Source: Candidatus Moraniibacteriota bacterium
GTDB taxonomy: Bacteria; Patescibacteriota; Minisyncoccia; JAHIHE01; DAOVOJ01
DNA: 37,481 bases
Reading direction: 5' to 3'
NCBI GenBank assembly: GCA_030629775.1
Contig: DAOVOJ010000001.1
Coordinates: 1-37,481 of the forward strand
Shown here: positions 18,457-26,952 of the stretch, one piece after another
Layout: each line of letters begins with the position of its first letter
Position numbering within the stretch: the stretch's first letter is position 1
Made by a program: the position numbers and the translations under genes
Notes under the pieces: model-generated
Seen by the model: only the letters and a program-made list of their open reading frames with translations
What the model was told of the DNA's origin: nothing
Database searches by the model: none

Positions 18457-19137
18457 ATGGAGATTTCAAAGCTTACTAAAAAACAACGAAAAGTATTCAA
18501 TTTAATAGAGTCGTATTTTAATAAATATGGCTGTTCTCCTACAATCACTGAATTAAAAGAAGCATTAGCCGTCAATTCTTTACGAACTGTTGTTCAATAT
18601 CTTGAAGCACTAGAGAAAAAAGGATTTATTTATCGCAAACATAATCAAAAAAGAGGCATAGAGCTTGCAAACATAGGAACGACAACGGATTTTGACACGA
18701 TATTATTGCCAGTCGTTGCGTCTGTTGGATGCGATGATGCAAGCATATTCGCGGATGAAAAAATAGATGAATATATAACCATAGATAAAAATTTTATTCC
18801 AGGTGGGAAAAGTATTAAGGATATGGTGGTGGTTAAAGCAATAGGCGCGAGTATGCAAGAAGCGGGAATCAGTTCAGGCGATTATATATTAGTAGAAAAA
18901 ATTAATACTGCACAGGCGCAAGAAAATGATCGCGTGGTAGCAATAATAGATGACAATATTGTTATAAAGAAGCTTCATTTTGCAGAAAATGCCATAATTT
19001 TAAATCCCGAATCAAAAAACAAACACTACAAACCGATAATAATGAAAAGAGATTTTTATATTCCAGGGCGGGTAGTGGATGTTATTAAAATGAAACCTGA
19101 TTTAGAAATTAAATATATACCAATAGAAAATAATTAA
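18457..19137 (+). CDS. LexA-like repressor (winged-helix DNA-binding domain plus S24 autopeptidase)
   Basis: N-terminal CSPTITELKEALAVNSLRTVVQYLEALEKKGFIYR is LexA_DNA_bind-like. Also present are a VGCDD cleavage-site region, Ser in GASM and Lys in VIKKL. Confidence 0.8.
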   Translation: MEISKLTKKQRKVFNLIESYFNKYGCSPTITELKEALAVNSLRTVVQYLEALEKKGFIYRKHNQKRGIELANIGTTTDFDTILLPVVASVGCDDASIFADEKIDEYITIDKNFIPGGKSIKDMVVVKAIGASMQEAGISSGDYILVEKINTAQAQENDRVVAIIDDNIVIKKLHFAENAIILNPESKNKHYKPIIMKRDFYIPGRVVDVIKMKPDLEIKYIPIENN

Positions 19138-19154
19138 CTAATCTAATTTAAAAC

Positions 19155-19406
19155 ATGGAAAATAAAGAAAGAGCCGTTGAGGCTTTAGAAAAAATTGAAA
19201 AGGTAATTGACGAAATAAGAGATATGTTCCCTGATATCAAAAAAGAGCAGATTAAAATTTTTGTTAAGAATAAGAAATATAATGATCCTGTTAAAATATT
19301 AAAAAAAGTTGATAGGATAATTATAAATTATAACGAAAGCAACGCTGAAAGAAAATTGGAAAGTCTATTAGGATTTTTAGGTATCACTGTTAAAAAAGAA
19401 AAATAA
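19155..19406 (+). CDS. Hypothetical 83-aa helical protein
   Basis: The ORF starts 17 nt after the lexA-like stop and is co-oriented. No family recognised and no SD. Confidence 0.45.
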   Translation: MENKERAVEALEKIEKVIDEIRDMFPDIKKEQIKIFVKNKKYNDPVKILKKVDRIIINYNESNAERKLESLLGFLGITVKKEK

Positions 19407-19464
19407 AAAACTAAATTGGAAAGTTTTAAGGGTTTTAGAGCATGAAATAATAAAAAATTTTGAT

Positions 19465-19490
19465 AAAACAATTAATAGAATAATTGTTTT
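19465..19490. promoter_or_regulatory. Perfect 10-bp palindrome upstream of the 1190-aa gene
   Basis: aaaacaatta-atagaa-taattgtttt. It could be an operator or a weak terminator. Confidence 0.3.
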
Positions 19491-19535
19491 CTTAGAAAGT
19501 AAAAATAATTAAACAATATTTAAGTATTTAAAATA

Positions 19536-22500
19536 ATGGATAATATAAGCCAAATCATTTCACCAGACCAATTTTCTAAACTTTGTAAGCATCTTTTTGC
19601 TGCTGAATTTGATGATTTTCAAACTATTGATGATAGCGGTGGCGATAAAGGAAATGATGGGTATTCAGAAAAGCAAAAAACACTTTTTCAACTTTACTGT
19701 CCCAAAAAACCAAACAAAGCAACTGATTCAAAATGTAAATTAAAAATAAAAGAGGATTTGGATAAAGCAAAAGAACTTGTTGATTCTGGAAAATATATTA
19801 TTGAAAAATGGATTTTTGTTACCCCCGCGGAACTACGAGAGGATGTTCATACTTATATTAGAACAGAGGCTGCGGAGAGAGGGTTTATTGGTATAGCGTG
19901 GGCAAGTCCCAAGTTGACAGTATTTTTTACAAATCATTCCAATTTACGAAGTCAATTTCCAGATTTAATTCAGCCAGACATTGAACAGAAAATAGATTTA
20001 TTAGATTTAAAAATTACAGGGCATACGGAATCAGTCAACGATGTCAAGAGGAAATATCGAACGAAGTTGGAACAAAATTATCAACGGCGTATTGACGAAG
20101 CAAGGATAAAAATAGATGATGAAAAAAACGAAGCAGCAAAAAAGGAATATGAAACAATTTTAAGAGATTTAAATTCGGAATCAGAAAAAATAGACCCGCA
20201 TCTTTTTTTTCGAGTTCATAATAATTTAGGTGCTTGTGAATTAAATCTCGGAAACACAAGAGAAGCAGCGAAATTTTTTGAAAAAGCTTATTCGTTTAAA
20301 CCAGACCAGTCAATAGCAATTGCGAATTATGCTTTATCAAAATCCTTAAAAGATAATCCAAAAGAAGGGCTGGTAATAATTGAAGATCTGTTAAAAAAAC
20401 ATCCTACTGATAATCACGCAATTTCTGTTAAGGCAAATATTCTGTACACTTTAGAAAGATATGAAGAGTTGATACCATTCCTGAAAGAAAAGGGCAAAAC
20501 AGCGTTGTCGTGCTGGTATGAGGGATTTGAAGCAATGTCCAAGGATGACTACGATACCGCAATTTTCTGCTTTGAGAAAGTTATTCATCTTGAACCAAAA
20601 AATATTAAAGCGTACTTTTTAGCTGCTCAAAATGTCATGATTGGGTCAAGAGAATTTGTTAAAAATAATGCTTTCCTGCCGGATAAAATACCTTCCGCTA
20701 TAAAAGAAAAATTCACGAAAGCTATTTCTTGGTTAAAAAGGGCAGTTGAACTTTTACAAGACAAGGAACAGAACAAGGAACAGAAAGCTGATTTAGAGAT
20801 GGCATATACTAATTTATCTGGCTGCTTTGTTGCTCTTGGTTTATTTGATGAGGCAATTGAATTTGCGTTAAAAGCTATCTCTATTGATCCCATATCTCCT
20901 ACCCCTTTTCTTAATAAGGGGATAGCTCAACTAAAACTTGGTAAGCATAAAGAAGCAATAAGTAGTTTTAAAAAATATAAAGATTTAGGAGGAGACGAAT
21001 TTAGCGTGGATAGACACAGTGCTTTTTGTTCTTTGAGAACTGGTGATTTAGATACCGCGGAAAAAATAATTATTCCCTTACTAGAACAAGAAAAAGATTT
21101 AGATTTGGATGTTGCAGAACTTGGAGTGGAGTTATATTCAAAAAGATTGGACAATGACAAGTCAGAAGCATTATTAAAAAAACTGGAAGAAAACTTTTCT
21201 GATAATTCTCAAGCGTTACGAATTCGTGCCGCACATCTTCAGAGATTGGGAATGTCGGGCGTGGAATTATTACTTCAGAAGGCATTGGAAAGCTCAAAAT
21301 CAGAATCGGAAAAAATGTTGACTGAAATGGATTTAGCTGATTTCTTATATAGCACAAAAGATTATTCCCGTGCTGCAGAAATATATCGGAAATATATCAA
21401 CATTGAAGAAACAACTACGGGAACTCTTAAATATGCTGAATGTCTATATAATTCAGGACAGTATGGAAATCTCTTAAAATGGATAGATACATTAGGCACA
21501 TCTGTGCGTAAACATTCTTTAATTCAACAGGTAGAAGCGTATTCGAATCTTTACTTGGGTAATCTTGAAAAAGCATCATCTTCTTTTAGAAAACTTTTTG
21601 AAAAAACCTCAGACAATCTTAAATACCTCGTATTTTATGGAATGTGTAGATTTAGACTGGGCAAAGAATATGAGGCAAAAAAAGCTTATGACGCTGTAAG
21701 AAATAGAGTAACTGAAACTGACGATGTTGTGATATTATCGGGCGGTTATGAATTTATCGGGGAACGGAAAATTGCATTGGAGCTTACTTATAAAGCTTTA
21801 GAAAACGATTCTAATAATCCAAAAGCTCATCTTGCTTACATTTTTACATTTTTACGTAGGGAACAGGCGGGAGGAAAAGATTTTGAAGATAAATATGTAA
21901 AACTATTTCAAAAATCAATTGGCGAATTTAGTAAAAGGTTTCCCGAAGAAAAAGCGCTACAAACTTTCGAAGTAAAAGATAAAGGCATCGGTCCCATGTT
22001 AAAAATGGCTGATCAGTTAGCAGAGTCAACAGAAAATGCAACTGGGCTTTATAGAGAATCCAAGGTTCCGCTTGCTGTTATCCCAAAGTTTACAAACAGA
22101 AAACCATTTGATGTCTGGGCTGCCTTTACTCAAATGCCAGATGTTGGGATAAAAATTTTATTTGGCTCGCCAGACGAGCTTTCAACAGAAGCTTTAACAA
22201 TTAAAGAGTATTGCGACAATTCTATTGTTGTTGATATTTATCCATTATTTCTTCTGACTCACTTTAATCAGCTTGAATTATTATCAAAACTATTCAAGAA
22301 AATTTATGTGCATCAAAGTGTAATTGATGAATTAACAGAATCAATCGACGAGCATAGAATTTCGGTGCGCAAAGGACAAACAATTTTTGGAAAAATTGAT
22401 GGTCAGCACAAGTTAATTGATATTTCTCCAGAACAAGTACAAAAAACAGTTGCTTCGTTAGAAAAAATTAGAGATTTTTTAAGCAAGGATAAATCTTGCG

Positions 22501-23108
22501 AAATTCACGGATTATCCAAAGAAAGGTCGGGAGATGAACGCAATTTAATTAACGCTCTTCATGAAACAACAAAAAATAGCATTTTTCTTGCTGAAGATCT
22601 TAATTTGCCCATTTATTGTGATGACCGCATATTGCGAGTTATTTTAAAAAATGAACACAGAGTAAAATCTTTCTCTACTCAATCTTTAATCAATTTAGCA
22701 CAAATAAAAGGGGTAATATCGCTTGATAAGCGATTTGAGTTACAGAAAGAAATGATAGGACTTAAATATGAATTTCTTCCAATAGATGCGACTTTTATAT
22801 ATTATTTTTTAAAAAAGGCAAGCTATAAGATAGAGAAAATACAAGATATAATCTTTACACTTGTGCAAAAAGAAACAAGTATTCAATCTTTGGAAGTGGT
22901 ACTTGCTGATCTTTTCTTTCTACTTTTAATTGAACGGTTAATAGACAACAAAACAAAACTTAAAATATTTAGGAGCATATTATCGCAAGCTTCGTTAAAC
23001 CACGATTTAGATAATATAGAAGAAGGAATTTTTATGAATCTTCAAAAAAAAGTAAAACCTGAAAAGCATAAACAATTAAAAGATATGCTTAAAATTATTT
23101 TTTCGTGA
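19536..23108 (+). CDS. 1190-aa protein: Mrr-like nuclease-type N-terminus, long TPR array, PIN-like C-terminal domain
   Basis: The N-terminus FSKLCKHLFAAEF..IDDSGGDKGNDGY..LFQLYCPKK resembles the Mrr-cat pattern. Residues ~230-800 contain many 34-aa TPR-like units (e.g. AAKFFEKAYSFKPD, AIFCFEKVIHLEPKN, AIEFALKAISIDP). The C-terminus has IVVDIYPLF, VIDELTE and AEDLNLPIYCDDRIL in PIN-like acidic spacing. No P-loop seen. Confidence 0.6.
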   Translation: MDNISQIISPDQFSKLCKHLFAAEFDDFQTIDDSGGDKGNDGYSEKQKTLFQLYCPKKPNKATDSKCKLKIKEDLDKAKELVDSGKYIIEKWIFVTPAELREDVHTYIRTEAAERGFIGIAWASPKLTVFFTNHSNLRSQFPDLIQPDIEQKIDLLDLKITGHTESVNDVKRKYRTKLEQNYQRRIDEARIKIDDEKNEAAKKEYETILRDLNSESEKIDPHLFFRVHNNLGACELNLGNTREAAKFFEKAYSFKPDQSIAIANYALSKSLKDNPKEGLVIIEDLLKKHPTDNHAISVKANILYTLERYEELIPFLKEKGKTALSCWYEGFEAMSKDDYDTAIFCFEKVIHLEPKNIKAYFLAAQNVMIGSREFVKNNAFLPDKIPSAIKEKFTKAISWLKRAVELLQDKEQNKEQKADLEMAYTNLSGCFVALGLFDEAIEFALKAISIDPISPTPFLNKGIAQLKLGKHKEAISSFKKYKDLGGDEFSVDRHSAFCSLRTGDLDTAEKIIIPLLEQEKDLDLDVAELGVELYSKRLDNDKSEALLKKLEENFSDNSQALRIRAAHLQRLGMSGVELLLQKALESSKSESEKMLTEMDLADFLYSTKDYSRAAEIYRKYINIEETTTGTLKYAECLYNSGQYGNLLKWIDTLGTSVRKHSLIQQVEAYSNLYLGNLEKASSSFRKLFEKTSDNLKYLVFYGMCRFRLGKEYEAKKAYDAVRNRVTETDDVVILSGGYEFIGERKIALELTYKALENDSNNPKAHLAYIFTFLRREQAGGKDFEDKYVKLFQKSIGEFSKRFPEEKALQTFEVKDKGIGPMLKMADQLAESTENATGLYRESKVPLAVIPKFTNRKPFDVWAAFTQMPDVGIKILFGSPDELSTEALTIKEYCDNSIVVDIYPLFLLTHFNQLELLSKLFKKIYVHQSVIDELTESIDEHRISVRKGQTIFGKIDGQHKLIDISPEQVQKTVASLEKIRDFLSKDKSCEIHGLSKERSGDERNLINALHETTKNSIFLAEDLNLPIYCDDRILRVILKNEHRVKSFSTQSLINLAQIKGVISLDKRFELQKEMIGLKYEFLPIDATFIYYFLKKASYKIEKIQDIIFTLVQKETSIQSLEVVLADLFFLLLIERLIDNKTKLKIFRSILSQASLNHDLDNIEEGIFMNLQKKVKPEKHKQLKDMLKIIFS

Positions 23109-23298
23109 TTTACATAGTTTGCATAGTTAATAGAAAAAATAGAAACTGTTCACTCAAAAAAAATTTGGACTTTTGTAAAAAACGAGACAAAATCTCATTT
23201 TGCACTTATATAGAACTGTGTAATTTCGATTCTGTTTAATCTGTTTTTTATATGTGCAAGAACCATAATATTATTTCTTTTCCTTGGTTAATAAGCTG

Positions 23299-23398
23299 CT
23301 TATCCTCTCCAACTTTCCCTCAACTCTCTCCCAATTCTCCAAAATCCCCACCCAAACCATCGGGAAATTGTTCCCAACTGTATCCTGTTGCCCCGACA
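23299..23398 (+). repeat. Direct repeat B (distal island junction with a degenerate tRNA-Pro 3' fragment)
   Basis: Aligns with 15060..15159. It ends atcctgttgccccgaca. Confidence 0.85.
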
Positions 23399-23412
23399 GA
23401 TTGAATTACGAA

Positions 23413-23448
23413 GAAGTCTGGCTTTCTGTAGGAAGCCAGGCTTCTTTT
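23413..23448 (+). terminator. Strong terminator hairpin directly after the distal repeat
   Basis: gaagtctggctt-tctgtagg-aagccaggcttc (12 bp, one G.U) followed by TTTT. No + strand gene ends nearby, so it may be the displaced tRNA-Pro terminator. Confidence 0.55.
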
Positions 23449-23658
23449 GATTCGTGCTTGTTTGATAATTTATGAATAAATTCGTGTATATTTTGGATTT
23501 TTGTGGAAAAACCAATGGATTGGTCATTATATTATAATTGTGATACAATTGTAATATAACACTGAGAAATACTGCTGGAGCTTAAATTAAATTTAAGTTG
23601 AGGGTTGTATGGTTAGTGATCATTTATTATCCAGAATGTGCTGGGCTAATACAAGAAT

Positions 23659-24642
23659 ATGAATTACACGGATAGAATTTATGGAGAGGTTGAGATTATG
23701 GAGCCGGTGGTTTTGGAGCTGATAGAAAGTCCGACGCTTCAAAGGTTGAAAGAGATAGATCAAGCCGGTTATTTTGAACCGTATAATCCGGGCACCGCTC
23801 ACAGCCGTTTTGAGCACTCTTTGGGAGTGTTTTGTCTTTTGAAAAAGTATGGCGCTTCTCTTGAAGAGCAAATCGCGGGACTGATTCATGATGTTTCGCA
23901 CTCCGCTTTTTCTCATTGCGTTGATTATGTTTTAGATGTTGGTTCCGAAAAAGAGCAAAATCACCAAGATAATACTTTTAGAAAATTTGTGGAAAAGTCG
24001 GAAATACCCGCGATACTTGAAAAATATAATTTAGATCCGGATTATATCTTAAACGATAAGAACTTTCCACTGGAAGAAAAAGAATTGCCTGATTTGTGCG
24101 CGGACAGAATTGACTATTCTTTAAGAGCAGCGGTTATTTTTAGAGAGATAAACATTGATAATTTAAATTATTTTCTTAACAGTTTAGTCACAAAAAATAA
24201 GCAGTGGCTATTTAAAGACTTTGAAAGCGCGAAAAAATACGCTGAATTATTTTTTAAGTTAAATAAAAAATATTATTCGGACATATATTCCGCGGTGATG
24301 TTCAGAACTGTAGGCGATTACTTGAGATATGCTTTGCAGAAAAAGTATATTTCCGAGAGTGATCTATATACGACGGATAAAATAGTGTTGTCAAAAGTTG
24401 GAAATTATCTGGAAAAAGATAAGAAGTTAAATTTTCTTTTTGATAGAATGAACAATAAAATTAAATTCAAAAACGACCCGGAGAATTACGACGCTCAGGT
24501 GTTTTGTAAATCAAGAGCCGTGGATCCGCTTTGCGATCACAACGGCGAAGTAAAGCGAGTTTCCGAGGTAGACGCAAGTTGGAAAGAAATATTAAAAAAC
24601 GAATTAAAACCAAAAGAGTATTTTATAAAGTTTGATAAATAA
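23659..24642 (+). CDS. HD-domain phosphohydrolase (COG1078 / SAMHD1-like group)
   Basis: Contains PTLQRLKEIDQAGY, HSRFEHSLGV, GLIHDVSHSAFSH and CADRIDYSLR. Confidence 0.8.
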   Translation: MNYTDRIYGEVEIMEPVVLELIESPTLQRLKEIDQAGYFEPYNPGTAHSRFEHSLGVFCLLKKYGASLEEQIAGLIHDVSHSAFSHCVDYVLDVGSEKEQNHQDNTFRKFVEKSEIPAILEKYNLDPDYILNDKNFPLEEKELPDLCADRIDYSLRAAVIFREINIDNLNYFLNSLVTKNKQWLFKDFESAKKYAELFFKLNKKYYSDIYSAVMFRTVGDYLRYALQKKYISESDLYTTDKIVLSKVGNYLEKDKKLNFLFDRMNNKIKFKNDPENYDAQVFCKSRAVDPLCDHNGEVKRVSEVDASWKEILKNELKPKEYFIKFDK

Positions 24643-24655
24643 TTAATTTACAAAA

Positions 24656-24862
24656 ATGAAAAACGAAATTACCAAAGACACAATTTTGGCTAAAATTTTG
24701 GACAATCCTAAAAATGTAGAAATTTTGGAAAAGCATAATTTTCCTTGCCTGGGCTGTCCCTGCGTTCAGTATGAAATGAACGATTTGAAACTCGGACAGA
24801 TTTGCGGGATGTATCAGATTGATTTGGAGAAATTGTTAGAGGAATTAAATAAAGCTTCTTAA
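24656..24862 (+). CDS. DUF1858-type small redox/disulfide domain protein
   Basis: 68 aa with FPCLGCPC and a C-terminal IDLEKLLEELN, as in hybrid-cluster-associated DUF1858 domains. Confidence 0.6.
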   Translation: MKNEITKDTILAKILDNPKNVEILEKHNFPCLGCPCVQYEMNDLKLGQICGMYQIDLEKLLEELNKAS

Positions 24863-24937
24863 ATTATAAAACACAGGTGTTATACTGTAAAAAATTACAA
24901 ATCCAAAATCACTTTGAATTACGGAATACATTAAAAT

Positions 24938-25047
24938 TGTCATCCTGAACTTGTTTCAGGATCTGTCATGTGCTACATTATGCTTTTATATTTATCTTAA
25001 AGCTAAATATAACAGACGACAGATCCTGAAACAAGTTCAGGATGACA
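24938..25047. repeat. TGTCAT hairpin element with perfect 30-bp terminal inverted repeats
   Basis: tgtcatcctgaacttgtttcaggatctgtc ... gacagatcctgaaacaagttcaggatgaca. Each arm holds its own small palindrome. Confidence 0.9.
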
Positions 25048-25095
25048 GTTAAAGTTTATTTTGTAATTTTGAATTTGGTGCTTTTAGAATATTTC

Positions 25096-25707
25096 ATGAA
25101 ACAGCTCATCAACGATCTTATCCAGCAAGGCTATCTTAAATCTCCTCGCATTATTAACGCTTTCAGAAAAATAAAACGGGTTGATTTTGTGCCGGAGGAA
25201 TTGAAAGGTGAGGCGGACATCAACGCGCCTTTGCCGATCGGCTACGGGCAGACGATCTCTCAGCCGCTGACCGTCGCTTTTATGCTGGAGTTGCTTGAAC
25301 CGAAAGAAGGTGATAAAATACTGGACGTTGGGTCTGGTTCGGGATGGCAGACGGCGTTGTTGGCGGAGATAGCGGGCGAGAAAGGAAAAGTTTACGCTGT
25401 TGAAAGAATTCCCGAACTGAAAATTTTTGGCGAAAATAACGCTAAAAAATATCATTTTAAAAATGTAAAATTTATTTTAGGAAACGGTTCAAAGGGCTTG
25501 GAAGAAGAGAGCCCTTTTGATAAAATTATTGTCGCCGCCGCGGCCAGGGGCGGAATTCCCGAAGAATTGAAAAGGCAGTTAAAAATTAATGGGCGATTAG
25601 TTATTCCGGTTGAAGGCAGTATCTGGCTGGTTGTCAAGGAGGATGAAAATAAATTTACCGAGAAAGAATTTCCCGGATTTGCTTTTGTACCGTTGGTAGG
25701 GGAATAG
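25096..25707 (+). CDS. pcm: Protein-L-isoaspartate O-methyltransferase
   Basis: Contains GYGQTISQP and ILDVGSGSGWQTALLA. The track start at 25042 is the atgaca terminus of the preceding repeat, so ATG 25096 (MKQLINDL) is preferred. Confidence 0.88.
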   Translation: MKQLINDLIQQGYLKSPRIINAFRKIKRVDFVPEELKGEADINAPLPIGYGQTISQPLTVAFMLELLEPKEGDKILDVGSGSGWQTALLAEIAGEKGKVYAVERIPELKIFGENNAKKYHFKNVKFILGNGSKGLEEESPFDKIIVAAAARGGIPEELKRQLKINGRLVIPVEGSIWLVVKEDENKFTEKEFPGFAFVPLVGE

Positions 25708-25730
25708 TGAAGTGGGAATTACATGTTCAC

Positions 25731-25888
25731 TGTCATTCCGACCGAAGTGACCCTGCGGTGATAGCCGAAGAGGGAACGGAGTGGAGGAATCTGTAAACAT
25801 AAGATGCTTGCTTTTGAATAAAAATAATTGAAACACACATTTTATCCATTGACAGATCCCTCGGCTCCTATCGTCGCTCGGGATGACA
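25731..25888. repeat. TGTCAT hairpin element
   Basis: The left arm differs at 2 positions from 1259..1319. The right arm cagatccctcggctcctatcgtcgctcgggatgaca is of the 4552..4596 type. Confidence 0.85.
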
Positions 25889-25927
25889 AGTTAAAACGTG
25901 TAATTCACAATTCCATATTCTGTTATT

Positions 25928-26944
25928 ATGATAAAAAAAATAATCTTATCAATTATTATTCTGTTTTTTCTGTTTGCTATTATTGTCGCAGCCGGTTGTT
26001 TTTATATTGAGAACAAAATTAACCGGCCGTTCAGCGATAATAATATCCAAAAAGAATTTGTTATTGAAAATGGACAGGGAGTTAAAAAAATCGCCGCGAA
26101 TTTAGAAAAAGAAGGTTTAATTACCGGAAGCGATTATTTTGAAATCTATGTCTGGCAGAAAAAAATCGCCTCTCAGCTTCAGGCGGGAAAATATAGTTTA
26201 AGCGCGTCAATGGCCATTCCGGAGATCGCCGATCTTTTCGCGGGAGGGCAGATAAAATCAAACGAAGTTCAAGTGACCATTCCGGAAGGATTTACTCTTG
26301 ATGAAATTGAAAAGCGTCTAATAAAAAAGGAATTAATTAAAGAAGGGGAGTTGCTGGAGAATAAATTAATAAATTTTTCTCAGTATAGTTTTTTGGGGGA
26401 TAAAATAAATGGCGGAAATTTAGAAGGTTTTTTATTTCCCGATACGTATAAATTTTATCAGGAAACCACCGCTGAAAAAATTATTGAGAAAATGCTGAAT
26501 AACTTTGACAAAAAATTGTCTTTTGAAATAAGAGAAGAAATAAAAAAGCAAAATAAAACTGTTCTTGAAATAATAATTCTGGCGAGTATAATAGAAAAAG
26601 AAGCGGGGCGGGAAGAAGATATGAAAAAAGTTGCCAGCGTTTTTTTGAATCGTTTGGCGGCTAACCATCCTTTGCAATCAGACGCGACGATAAATTATGT
26701 CATCGGCGAGGGGAGAAGAAAAGCCAGCTATGAGGATCTACAAATTGATTCGTTGTATAACACTTACAAATACAACGGCCTGCCGCCGGCGCCGATCTGC
26801 AATCCCGGACTGAACGCTATCAACGCGGTTGTCTATCCCGCTAGCACAGATTATTTTTATTTCCTAACTGATCCGGAAGGCAAAGCGTATTTTGCCAGAA
26901 CCTTTGAAGAACATCAGAGGAATAGAGTGGAGTATTTGGACTAG
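25928..26944 (+). CDS. mltG: Endolytic murein transglycosylase MltG (YceG-like)
   Basis: N-terminal TM helix, plus LEGFLFPDTY, ILASIIEKEA, VFLNRL, LQSDATINY and YNTYKYNGLPPAPICNPG. Confidence 0.9.
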   Translation: MIKKIILSIIILFFLFAIIVAAGCFYIENKINRPFSDNNIQKEFVIENGQGVKKIAANLEKEGLITGSDYFEIYVWQKKIASQLQAGKYSLSASMAIPEIADLFAGGQIKSNEVQVTIPEGFTLDEIEKRLIKKELIKEGELLENKLINFSQYSFLGDKINGGNLEGFLFPDTYKFYQETTAEKIIEKMLNNFDKKLSFEIREEIKKQNKTVLEIIILASIIEKEAGREEDMKKVASVFLNRLAANHPLQSDATINYVIGEGRRKASYEDLQIDSLYNTYKYNGLPPAPICNPGLNAINAVVYPASTDYFYFLTDPEGKAYFARTFEEHQRNRVEYLD

Positions 26945-26952
26945 ACAATGTT

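Larger units (their letters stand above)
14037..23398 (+). mobile_element. Composite genomic island inserted at the 3' end of tRNA-Pro (no integrase seen)
   Basis: atcccggcgccccgaca (14022..14038) recurs exactly at 15143..15159 and with 3 mismatches at 23382..23398. The distal copies end ~100-nt direct repeats. The interior is AT-rich and free of both host repeat families. Confidence 0.7.

Noticed and set aside
18324-19535. Search for an SOS-box-like operator shared by the lexA-like promoter and the region upstream of the 1190-aa gene
   Set aside because: No CTGT-N8-ACAG or GAAC-N4-GTTC type site is present. The only clean palindrome (19465..19490) has no counterpart at 18370..18456, so regulation by the S24 repressor remains unsupported by a visible operator.
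14037-23398. Search for an integrase, recombinase or transposase gene in the island
   Set aside because: None of the six-frame ORFs shows tyrosine recombinase (R..HxxR..Y), serine recombinase or DDE signatures. The island is therefore described as integrase-less rather than annotated as an intact integrative element.
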